From assembly GCA_963765495.1 (NCBI GenBank), contig CAVXWP010000002.1, forward strand, positions 480,001 to 544,000: 64,000 nucleotides of DNA, given 5' to 3'. Of the stretch, positions 55,811 through 64,000 are shown in pieces. Positions within the stretch are counted from its first letter, which is position 1; each line of letters begins with the position of its first letter. A program made the position numbers and the translations under genes. The notes under the pieces are model-generated. The model was given only the letters and a program-made list of their open reading frames with translations, did not search any database and was not told the DNA's origin. The stretch is from Blastocatellia bacterium (lineage in GTDB: Bacteria > Acidobacteriota > Blastocatellia > UBA7656).

Positions 55811-56683
55811 CTACTCTGAATCCTTTTGCAGAGGCTTTATTCCCGCCTGACGATTCAATACATAATCGAAGAGTCTTTCGGGCAGGAAACGTTTAGCCGC
55901 AATCGCCAGTCGCGCGTGTCGTGGAGCGGCATAGCGCGGGCGCGGATGCTCTGATGTAAGCGAGCGCATAATGAGTTCGGCTATATCGTCGGGCTTGCCT
56001 GCCATCCGCCTCATCCGTTCATACCCTTGCTTGAAATTCTCATAAAACGGCGCGTATGGACTCTCTTTCTCGACGATGGGTTTCGATACTTCATTGGCTA
56101 CCTGAAGAAATTCGGTGACTATAAAACCGGGCTCGATTACGACTACCTTGATGCCAAACGGAGCAAGCTCTCCGCGCAATCCGTCGGAGACGGCTTCGAG
56201 CGCGTGTTTTGTTGCGTCGTAGACGGAAGAGAGCGGGCGGGCAACTCGCCCGGCGACGGAGCTGACATTGACTATGCGCCCGCTTCTCTGTTTTCGCATT
56301 ATGGGAATGACAAGCTGGGTGAGCGCGATCAGAGAAAAGAGGTTTGTCTCGAAATTCCGGCGGATGTTTTCGATGGGGACCATCTCGATGGGACCGCGCT
56401 GGCCGTATCCCGCGTTGTTGACGAGCGCGTCGATGCGGCCTGTCATGCCGAGGGTTTCGCGCACGATTCGCTCGCGGTCTTCGTCCCGCGTGATGTCTGC
56501 CGGTATTGCGAGCGCGCTTCCCCCCGAGGCTTCGATTTCGCCTTTCATCTGTTCGAGCCGCTCGCGCCTGCGCGCAACCAGCACGATCAGCGCCCCTTCG
56601 CGCGCAAGCATGTAGGAGGCGGCTTCGCCTATACCGGCCGACGCGCCCGTTATTATTACTACCTGTCCGTCAAGTCTTCCCAT
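55811..56683 (-). CDS. SDR family oxidoreductase
   Basis: TGASAGIG, NNAG, SS and YDATK (YxxxK) motifs. Confidence 0.93.
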   Translation of the reverse strand: MGRLDGQVVIITGASAGIGEAASYMLAREGALIVLVARRRERLEQMKGEIEASGGSALAIPADITRDEDRERIVRETLGMTGRIDALVNNAGYGQRGPIEMVPIENIRRNFETNLFSLIALTQLVIPIMRKQRSGRIVNVSSVAGRVARPLSSVYDATKHALEAVSDGLRGELAPFGIKVVVIEPGFIVTEFLQVANEVSKPIVEKESPYAPFYENFKQGYERMRRMAGKPDDIAELIMRSLTSEHPRPRYAAPRHARLAIAAKRFLPERLFDYVLNRQAGIKPLQKDSE

Positions 56684-56735
56684 AAACCCTTGAAGCTCAG
56701 ATTTTCAGATTTCAGATTTGAGGAATCTAAATCCG

Positions 56736-57467
56736 TTAGAACTTGGATGAGAGATAATATCTGACCATGCTGCGCCAGGTAGGCCAGTCGTGCGGCTGGT
56801 CATGGCCCCACATATCCAGCTCGTGAGGGATGCCCTTACTGGCCAGTATCCCCGACAATCGCTTCGAGCCTTCCGGGTTTTCCCATTGTCCCTGCCCCGT
56901 GACTATATAGATGAGTCTCTTCTGTTGCAGGAGCCAGAGGTCGTGGTCTCCCATATTCGGCAGATAGTCAACCGGGTTGTTGAAATAGATATTGTCATCG
57001 TAATAATCGCCCGAAAAGTAATGAAGTATGTCGTAATCGCCGCTCATCGCGAGCACGCCGTCAAACAGATCGGGTCTGCGAAATAACTGGTTGGCTGCAT
57101 GGAATGCGCCCAGGCTGGCCCCGCCTGTTATGATGCCTATACGGCTCTGACAGCTATTCCAGATAAACGGGACTATCTCATTTGCGATGTAATTATTGTA
57201 CTGCACCTGCCGCCACGCTTTTTCACCCGGATGCACACTGTCATTGAGCCAGCTAGCCCGGTTGATGCTGTCGATGGAAAAGACCTTGACCTTTCCCGCT
57301 TCGATAAACTCAGCCATCGCGTCAATCAGATAGAACCGCTCGTATTCCAGAAAATCTGCCGCCGCCGTCGGGAACATCAGCAGCGGGAATCCATAATGAC
57401 CATAGGTGACGATTGACATGGGGCGATTCAGACTTGGGCTGTGCCAGGTGTCTATATTTCTATGCAT
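56736..57467 (-). CDS. Esterase family alpha/beta hydrolase
   Basis: WHSPSL, YGHYG.PLLMFPT, GASLG nucleophile elbow and HDWPTW. Confidence 0.88.
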   Translation of the reverse strand: MHRNIDTWHSPSLNRPMSIVTYGHYGFPLLMFPTAAADFLEYERFYLIDAMAEFIEAGKVKVFSIDSINRASWLNDSVHPGEKAWRQVQYNNYIANEIVPFIWNSCQSRIGIITGGASLGAFHAANQLFRRPDLFDGVLAMSGDYDILHYFSGDYYDDNIYFNNPVDYLPNMGDHDLWLLQQKRLIYIVTGQGQWENPEGSKRLSGILASKGIPHELDMWGHDQPHDWPTWRSMVRYYLSSKF

Positions 57468-57627
57468 TCAGCATCTCCTGTTCTTCTCAGATTCTAATGG
57501 CGCGTACCCTGCTAACAGGTAAGGCCGCTCGATAACGCATAATAAAAGCACGGAGCGCGATACTTACGCAACCGGGCAGATACCTGCGCTCGCAATTCCC
57601 TCTGATTTTGAGTCAATATTTTTCCGC

Positions 57628-59046
57628 TCAACGAACGGGGCGGCACTTCCAGTAATAATTATTAAAGCCTTCGGCCGTATAGAGCTTGCGAAATGTCATC
57701 TCGACCGGCTGCTCGATCTTTACATCCTCCGGGTTGCGGTCGGTCATCATCAGGTAGGCCCGGCCTCCGCCCTCGAAATCGACTATGCTCATAACCGTGG
57801 GCGGATCGGGGTCGGCATTCAGGAAATCAACCGTAAAAGTAAAGAGCCGGGCAGGCTTATCGGCCAGTCGGACGCTTTCAAAGTTATCTTTAGACTGACA
57901 TCCGATGCACAGGCGCTGGCGCGGATACTGTACCTTGCCGCAGGCGAGACAGCGATAGCCGTAAAACTTATAAATCTCATCGCGGCGGCGCAGGCTTTGA
58001 GCAGCGGAAGCGGTAGGCGACTGACGGCGCGCGGCTTCGGTTTCAAGCAGATCGCGAAATCTGGCGTATCGTTCGTAATTTTCAAGATAGCCTTTCGATT
58101 CCAGATACCCGCGCACGCCCCTTTGCGCCGACCCTCTCAACTCTTCTATCTCTTCGGTGACTTCAAAGAGCAAAGCGTCACACCCGTTGCCGTAACCGAC
58201 TACGAGAAGTTTTTCGCCCGGCTGCGCGTCTTCCAGAACAGACGAGAGCACAAGCAGAGGCATCGCCGTGCCCGTGCTCCCTACGGATGAAAAGAGGTGA
58301 TCGGGGATCTGTTCGGCTTTGAATCCGAGCAACTTCGCCACGCCCGCAAGAGCGCCCTGATCCGGCGCATAAAAGATCGCCTTTGCGATTTCCGAGGGGC
58401 CGACCCCTGTGCGCTCGAACAAATCATTTACCGTATGTCTCACAACCCTTTGATACCCTTGCGACACGGCGAACCGCTCTTCCCATCCTGTGACAAACTG
58501 ATCGTCGGCCTTGCGCCAGACATCGGTGATTTCATCCACGGTCGAATGGGCGGCGATAAGTTTTGCGATCACCCGATCACAGCCTATCTCCACTGCCGAA
58601 GCCGCATCGCCAAACACCCGTTCGTTTGCCGACCTGGGCGGGGCAATTCGAGTATCGGCAGCGGCGATGATAATCTTTAAGGCAGAACCCGATTCGACCG
58701 AATCTGCCGCCGCGCGAATGGCTGTGGTGGCCGATCTCAGGGAGTTGGTATAGTCTGCGGTCCTCACGTCCATCCGCAGATCGGCCACCGTGGCAATCAG
58801 CGCCGAAGCCTGTTTCTCGCTATAAGGCGAAGTAGTCGAGGCAAAGACGAGGCCGTCAACTTCGCGCCCCTCGCGCTCGCCGAGCAGGTCGCGAACGGCT
58901 TCGATTGCCATAGTGATCGAGTCTTCATCGACTCCGGCAACGGCGCGCTCGCCCGCGCCCGCTCGCCCGCCCCAGGCTCTTGCGATCTCTTTATGAGTAA
59001 GACGATAAAAAGGTATGTACGCTCCGAAAGCCGTTATTCCTGTCAT
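57628..59046 (-). CDS. HMG-CoA synthase-like thiolase-fold protein fused to DUF35 (zinc ribbon plus OB-fold)
   Basis: GAYIPFYRL, DEDSITMA, FASTTSPYSEKQ and GDAASA, with C-terminal CLAC..YP..CIGC and VEMTFRK..YYWK. Confidence 0.85.
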   Translation of the reverse strand: MTGITAFGAYIPFYRLTHKEIARAWGGRAGAGERAVAGVDEDSITMAIEAVRDLLGEREGREVDGLVFASTTSPYSEKQASALIATVADLRMDVRTADYTNSLRSATTAIRAAADSVESGSALKIIIAAADTRIAPPRSANERVFGDAASAVEIGCDRVIAKLIAAHSTVDEITDVWRKADDQFVTGWEERFAVSQGYQRVVRHTVNDLFERTGVGPSEIAKAIFYAPDQGALAGVAKLLGFKAEQIPDHLFSSVGSTGTAMPLLVLSSVLEDAQPGEKLLVVGYGNGCDALLFEVTEEIEELRGSAQRGVRGYLESKGYLENYERYARFRDLLETEAARRQSPTASAAQSLRRRDEIYKFYGYRCLACGKVQYPRQRLCIGCQSKDNFESVRLADKPARLFTFTVDFLNADPDPPTVMSIVDFEGGGRAYLMMTDRNPEDVKIEQPVEMTFRKLYTAEGFNNYYWKCRPVR

Positions 59047-59318
59047 GAAAAGTCTCCGCGCGCAGGTATACCAGAGCCGTTTCACAGGAGTCAAGGCAGG
59101 TTATATCCGCACAGGAAAGAACTGATCGCCTTATGAAAAATCTTTGCCTGCCCTGTGCCTTTGCGCCCTGGCGAGCAACTATTTCTCGCCCATCCGCTAA
59201 GTAACCTGAATATGCAAAGATTTTCCTGAGAATTTAATGAGCTATGGAATTCGCCTTCGATTGAAGTTTTCTGCTTTCGTCATTATTCTTGTACATCCGA
59301 AAAGGAGCCGGATTATTT

Positions 59319-60170
59319 ATGAAAGAGACTTTTGCCAAGCCAGCAAAACCAAATCGCCTTGCCGGTCGATTTCATCTTGCCGCGATGCTGATCCTTTTTC
59401 TTTCGATGACGGCGGCAGCGCAAAAGGCAACGGGGACCGCTGCCGCCACCACACAGGCCGACAACGAATACCAGACCGGCGCTGTGCTCTGGACGCAAAC
59501 GGCAGCCGAGGTTCGCGCCCTGCGTTTTCAGGCTTTTAAGCTTGCGCGGCTGGTCTTTGACCGCGACCTCAGAGCAAATCGTCGTTCGCGAAGACGCGCG
59601 GTCGTCGTGGATGTGGATGAGACGGTCCTTGATAACAGCCGTTATCAAGCCGGGTTGATCCTAAATCGCCAGCCTTTCACCGAAGCTACGTGGACCGAGT
59701 GGTGTAATCGAGCCGAGGCGGACGCAATCCCTGGAGCGGTAGAATTCTTGCGCTACGCGGCATCGCGAGGGGCGCGAATATTCTACGTGACCAACCGCCG
59801 GGAGACGGTGAAAGAAGCGACGATACGCAACCTAAAACAGAAGGGGTTTCCTGATATAAGCGAGCAGACTGTAATGACGCGAACGGATGTTTCGAGTAAA
59901 GAACCGCGCCGCGAGCAGATCCGCCGACGTTATCGTATCGTGTTGTTTGCGGGCGATAATCTGGCCGATTTCAGCGACATTTTTGGAGGCAGGACTCCCG
60001 AAGAGAGAGCCTCCGCCGCTGACGGGGCGCGCAATAAATTCGGCGCGCAATTCATCGTGCTGCCAAACGCGATGTACGGCGATTGGGAAAGCGCCGTCTA
60101 CGGCAATGACTTCAAATTGAGCGAGGAAGAGAAGGCAGCGCGCAGGAAAGCGGCGCTCAAATCGCAATGA
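59319..60170 (+). CDS. Class C acid phosphatase / 5'-nucleotidase, e(P4) family (HAD)
   Basis: DVDETVLDNS, YVTNR, GDNLADF and LPNAMYGDWE motifs. Confidence 0.92.
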   Translation: MKETFAKPAKPNRLAGRFHLAAMLILFLSMTAAAQKATGTAAATTQADNEYQTGAVLWTQTAAEVRALRFQAFKLARLVFDRDLRANRRSRRRAVVVDVDETVLDNSRYQAGLILNRQPFTEATWTEWCNRAEADAIPGAVEFLRYAASRGARIFYVTNRRETVKEATIRNLKQKGFPDISEQTVMTRTDVSSKEPRREQIRRRYRIVLFAGDNLADFSDIFGGRTPEERASAADGARNKFGAQFIVLPNAMYGDWESAVYGNDFKLSEEEKAARRKAALKSQ

Positions 60171-60206
60171 GGCGATTCAAATTGCGCCTCTCTTATCCGT
60201 TTTTAT

Positions 60207-60770
60207 TTAGCGCAATATGGTTTTATCGGGCTGTTCATCTTCCCACGTAGCGGATGTTATCCACCATCGCGACCCGTCAAAATAAAGCTCGATGCTGTTT
60301 ATGCCGCGAGCGATCACCGGGCCGTCGGCTTTATTGCGCGTTTCATAGGTGCTGAATACCTGCGCGATGTTGTCATACTGCTGAGTGACGCGTTTCACCT
60401 CGCGTTCGAAGAATCCCTCTTTCACCATGTATGCGTCTGCGCTGTCCACATAAGTCTGATGGTCCATCACGACTGCTTGCGGCTTGCCGTCACGCACGTC
60501 CACGGCGATGAATCTGATCCCCGGCAGGTAGAGCGTGCGGTCACGCGCCCACTGTCTGGGCTGGCCTGCCGGACCTGATATCACATCGTAAAAGGCCGCG
60601 ATTATCCCGTCCAGCGTAGCGACATCGGCAGGGCTCGGCGCGATAGTCTCGACTTTCATCTGAGGCGGTTTCTGAGACTTCGCGCTCTTCTGCGCGAACG
60701 TTGAATCATCCATTTGACAGATCAGTATTACAATCAGAATGAGGAGTCCGGGCAGGATGATCGAGCGCAT
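60207..60770 (-). CDS. Secreted NTF2/SnoaL-like hypothetical protein
   Basis: Signal peptide, YDVISGPAG..R.W, GFFERE, IAQVFSTYE and RGINSI.L..DG.RWWI. Confidence 0.7.
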   Translation of the reverse strand: MRSIILPGLLILIVILICQMDDSTFAQKSAKSQKPPQMKVETIAPSPADVATLDGIIAAFYDVISGPAGQPRQWARDRTLYLPGIRFIAVDVRDGKPQAVVMDHQTYVDSADAYMVKEGFFEREVKRVTQQYDNIAQVFSTYETRNKADGPVIARGINSIELYFDGSRWWITSATWEDEQPDKTILR

Positions 60771-60845
60771 AGTCTCTCCTTTCCATTCGCAAATGAAGTG
60801 ACATCACCGATTATTGAATAAACAAGCCTTGAGTTTCTTATCGCA

Positions 60846-60896
60846 CTTCGCGTCTTTGCCGGTAACAGGTTCTCGCAAAGACGCGAAGACGCAAAG
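60846..60896. repeat. Octamer (CGCRAAGA)n inverted-repeat element
   Basis: Perfect 14-bp arms CTTCGCGTCTTTGC (60846-60859) and GCAAAGACGCGAAG (60875-60888), plus an extra unit. Confidence 0.8.
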
Positions 60897-60928
60897 TAGG
60901 CTAAGAATTTCCTGAGAATTATATGGCC

Positions 60929-62953
60929 CTAACGCCGCAGGGCAGAAAGAGCTACGCGGAATCCGAAGATATAGTTAGCCCCCTCGGGCGTTGCCCATGT
61001 TCGGTCGGCAGAGCGGCAGATGCCGGCATTGCCGTACCACGACCCGCCGCGCAGCACGCGGTCGAGCACAGCCTCGGTATCTTCGAATGCCGTGCCGTCC
61101 GTAGGCGTATTCTGATAGCTATTCTGCCACTCGTCCTGGCACCATTCCCAGAGATTGCCGTGCATATCGAACAGACCGAAACCGTTTGCCATCTTTGTGC
61201 TTCCCACAGGCATGGTCTTTTGTCTGTTGAGCCCTTTCGCCTCATCCGCGTAAGGATACTCTCCGTTGTAATTGACAAGCTCGGGCGTGATCGTATCGCC
61301 GAAATGAAAGGGCGTCTCGGTTCTGGCGCGACAGGCATATTCCCATTCGGCCTCAGAGGGAAGCCGGTATGCGCGTCCGGTCTTTAAGGAAAGCCGGGCA
61401 CAAAACTCCGTCGCGTCTTCCCACGAGATGGTGTCAACCGGCAGATTATCTCCCTTGAATTTGGAAGGGCTGGGGTTCAAATCGTATTCAACTTTGGGCA
61501 GCGCGGCCACGGCTCTCCACTGCGCCTGAGTGATTTCGAATTTTCCCATGTAAAACGGCGGGACGTTGACCTGATGTTGAGGCCCTTCATAAGGCAGCCG
61601 CTCCTTTTCGTTATCCGGCGAACCCATCATGAATGCGCCTCCGGGGATTTCCACCATATCCAGCATCGCCCCGTTGAGGTCTTCTGAAAAAACCCGCATC
61701 TCACCCTGTCGCTTTCTTGTTACGCGACCCGCCGAATCCAGCATCACTAAATCGAAGGTAAAAGGCCGCAAGGGCGGAACTTCTATCTTTGGTAGCGAAG
61801 CATCCCCAGCCGGTTTCAAAGCCGTCGATGCCTCTATCATCTCTCCTCGATTTTCGCCACGCCTGAACCCAACCCATAGCGCCAGAGCCACTATGACCAT
61901 CATCGCGGCAGCCATGCCGATCCGCACGAAAGGCACCCGGCCTCTCGCTCCTGTTTGCGTGTTTCTCCCTCCGACAGCCTCTACCTCCGTAGCCTGAACT
62001 GGTGACACTTGAACCGAGGTTGTGGAATCGGATTCGGGAGAAATGCTTGCGCCTTCCGACGAACCTTCAAAAGGCTCGGCTCCGCTGCTCCTGATAATGG
62101 TGACATCTTCACGTCCGGGCAGATTATGCATCGCGGCTCGCCAGGCTTTCCGCATCTGGGCCGCGTTTGCAGGGCGAAGCTCGCGGTTCTGCTCCATAGC
62201 CTTCATCAGGATGTCGGCAATGGTCCGAGGCACATCCGGGTTCAAGTCGCAGGCAGCCACCAGCGGATCGGGCTGGCCGCAGATGGAAGCCGACGCGCGC
62301 GCAAGAGCATCGGGCGGCGTCACACAGGTCATCAAATGCTGAAGCGTGGCGGCGAGCGAATAGAGGTCGCTGCGCGGGTCTGTGCCTGTTCCCTGAATCT
62401 GTTCAAGCGGCGCGTAGTGCGGTGTGTAGCCCAGAATGCTTCCGCCCCCGGTCACTTGCGACATCATCTGCGGCGAGCCTTTAGCCAGCCCGAAATCGAG
62501 CAGGATTATCTCTCCGCGCTCGGTCAGCTTCAGATTCTGCGGTTTGATATCTCGATGGATGATCGGCGGCTCTTGCGCGTGAAGGTATTCAAGCGAGTCG
62601 AGCAGTATATCGCCCCACTTGAGGACATCGCTGACGGCAAAAGGCTTGCCGAGGCGTTCGAGAAGTGTGGCCAGATCGTCACCCGGAATGTATTGCATAA
62701 TGAGGAACTGGCCTGCGTCCTCCATGAAATGGTCGCTTACAACCGGAAGGGCGGCGTGCCGCAGCCCGGCAAGCAACCGGGCCTCGCGCTCGAAGGCTTT
62801 GCGAAGATGGTCATCGGTAAAAAAAGTCTCTTTGAGCGCGATGATGCTGCCCAGGCGCTGATCCCTCGCCTGATAAACCGCGCCCATTCCGCCTTGAGCT
62901 ATTAACCTGATGACCAGATAACGATTCTGTAACAGGGTGTCGGGTGCAAGCAT
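60929..62953 (-). CDS. Membrane Ser/Thr kinase with extracytoplasmic FGE-sulfatase (SUMF1-like) domain
   Basis: QGGMGAVY, HRDIKPQN, DFG, YAPLEQ, TM helix, RLPSEAEWEYACRA, GLFDMHGNLWEW and RGGSW. Confidence 0.93.
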   Translation of the reverse strand: MLAPDTLLQNRYLVIRLIAQGGMGAVYQARDQRLGSIIALKETFFTDDHLRKAFEREARLLAGLRHAALPVVSDHFMEDAGQFLIMQYIPGDDLATLLERLGKPFAVSDVLKWGDILLDSLEYLHAQEPPIIHRDIKPQNLKLTERGEIILLDFGLAKGSPQMMSQVTGGGSILGYTPHYAPLEQIQGTGTDPRSDLYSLAATLQHLMTCVTPPDALARASASICGQPDPLVAACDLNPDVPRTIADILMKAMEQNRELRPANAAQMRKAWRAAMHNLPGREDVTIIRSSGAEPFEGSSEGASISPESDSTTSVQVSPVQATEVEAVGGRNTQTGARGRVPFVRIGMAAAMMVIVALALWVGFRRGENRGEMIEASTALKPAGDASLPKIEVPPLRPFTFDLVMLDSAGRVTRKRQGEMRVFSEDLNGAMLDMVEIPGGAFMMGSPDNEKERLPYEGPQHQVNVPPFYMGKFEITQAQWRAVAALPKVEYDLNPSPSKFKGDNLPVDTISWEDATEFCARLSLKTGRAYRLPSEAEWEYACRARTETPFHFGDTITPELVNYNGEYPYADEAKGLNRQKTMPVGSTKMANGFGLFDMHGNLWEWCQDEWQNSYQNTPTDGTAFEDTEAVLDRVLRGGSWYGNAGICRSADRTWATPEGANYIFGFRVALSALRR

Positions 62954-63122
62954 AACGATTCCTTATCTCATCCGAGAAAAACGTTCGATAACCTGCTCGG
63001 GAGCACTGGAGCTACGGGGGATTATCGCGCCTGTACCTACATTAAACAAGAGATATTTCCACGGGATCAGGAACTTCGTGGCAGGGCTGTTTGGTTTTCC
63101 AGGAATGTAGGGTAGGAAATTA

Positions 63123-63230
63123 GAAACAGGCCACGGAATCGACGGGTTTTCACGGATTTTCACGGATTTGACCGTATAGTGTCTGATCCGCGTAAATCCG
63201 CCCGATCCGCGTAAATCCGTTGCCTATTCC
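63123..63230. repeat. MITE/REP-like inverted-repeat element of about 108 bp, copy 2 (inverted relative to copy 1)
   Basis: GAAACAGGCCACGG...CCGTTGCCTATTCC, with (CACGGATTTT)n and (ATCCGCGTAA)n arms. Confidence 0.8.
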
Positions 63231-63276
63231 CATTTGCCCGATTTGATTTTGAGGAATACCCAAATACCCGGATATA

Positions 63277-63999
63277 TCATTTATCCTTCTCTTCATCTTT
63301 GGGAATGAGACTTTTGAACTCTTCCATCGCGGCGAGCGATTTAAAATCTTCTTCTTCTGCCAATCCGTAAGCCAACTCTTCATCAAGTTCGACGGCTCGT
63401 TTGAGCGAGGCAATGGCTTCCTGCTTTCGCCCCAGACGGGAAAGGGCGCAGGCGCGATTGTAATGCCCTTCGGCATCCTCTTCGTCTATCTTAATCGCCC
63501 GATCGGCAGAGGCCAGAGCCGCCGCCCAGTCCTGTAATTGGCGATAGGCTTCGGCCAGTGCGATGTGCGGATAGGTGAGAGTTTTATCTATCTCGCCCGC
63601 CTTCTTGAAAAAAGGCAGCGCCTCTTTTGCGCGATCACTGTTGAGGCGGATGCGGCCAATATAATAATTTGCCATCGCGCTTTTCGCCATCCTCTGAGGA
63701 GCTGAAGCGGCAAGCCCCTCGGCCAGATCGTTCTTCTGGTCAAGATAGAAATGGCTCATCAGATTTGCAAAAAGATCGTTATCCGAACGCCCATACTTCG
63801 CGCCTTCGTCTATCAATGCACACGCATCTTTGAAGCGCCCCGCGTAGGCGAGAAATTCGGCCAGATCGACATAGGCGGCCTGGTTGTGCGGGTCGCGTTC
63901 GAGCGCCGCGCGATATTCGCTCTCCGCCTGCCGGGCGTCGCCCGTTTCCCTGTAAAGCGACGCGAGCCCCGTGTGGGCGCGAGGGTCATCGGGCTCAAG
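63277..63999 (-). CDS. TPR repeat protein, 5' end outside window
   Basis: Frame stays open to the window edge (LEPDDPRAHTGLASLYRETG...). TPR units and the C-terminal YNRACALSRLG..LKRAVELD..DFKSL cap are present. Confidence 0.85.
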   Translation of the reverse strand, partial: LEPDDPRAHTGLASLYRETGDARQAESEYRAALERDPHNQAAYVDLAEFLAYAGRFKDACALIDEGAKYGRSDNDLFANLMSHFYLDQKNDLAEGLAASAPQRMAKSAMANYYIGRIRLNSDRAKEALPFFKKAGEIDKTLTYPHIALAEAYRQLQDWAAALASADRAIKIDEEDAEGHYNRACALSRLGRKQEAIASLKRAVELDEELAYGLAEEEDFKSLAAMEEFKSLIPKDEEKDK

Positions 64000-64000
64000 C

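Noticed and set aside
59221-60921. Shared 13-mer TTTCCTGAGAATT near 59222 and 60908
   Set aside because: Two occurrences in different orientation relative to downstream genes. Cannot be distinguished from chance.
63813-63998. Separate ORF or frameshift at the window end
   Set aside because: The TPR frame is continuous to the edge. This ORF is an out-of-frame shadow.

Overview
Bacterial chromosomal window, mostly core genes. Gene content and protein styles suggest Acidobacteriota, probably Blastocatellia-like (inference, no database search). In order it contains: an ECF sigma / tandem-ZAS anti-sigma / B-box / DUF4097 envelope-stress cluster; an M23 peptidase; a complex I operon with only membrane-arm subunits (nuoA,H,J,K,L,M,N); an actinobacterial-style fhaA-pbpA-rodA trio; HU; a site-2 protease; LOG; TPM; a Ser/Thr kinase-TPR; ZIP; a dcw cluster (mraZ to ftsZ) lacking murF, murB and ddl; an ArnT-like / YdjC / ArnC-like glycosylation trio; a second ECF pair; and assorted enzymes. 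The most notable unannotated signals are four. (1) A DUF1573-like exported protein is split by one in-frame TGA at its Cys motif, and two hairpins follow it (Sec or recoding candidate). (2) An orphan perfect sigma-54 promoter and a terminator delimit a candidate sRNA of about 90 nt. (3) Many inverted-repeat elements built from 7-10-mer tandem units sit at nearly every dcw junction and often supply stop codons. (4) ftsZ has a long, extensively paired leader. No tRNA, rRNA, CRISPR array or transposase was recognised.
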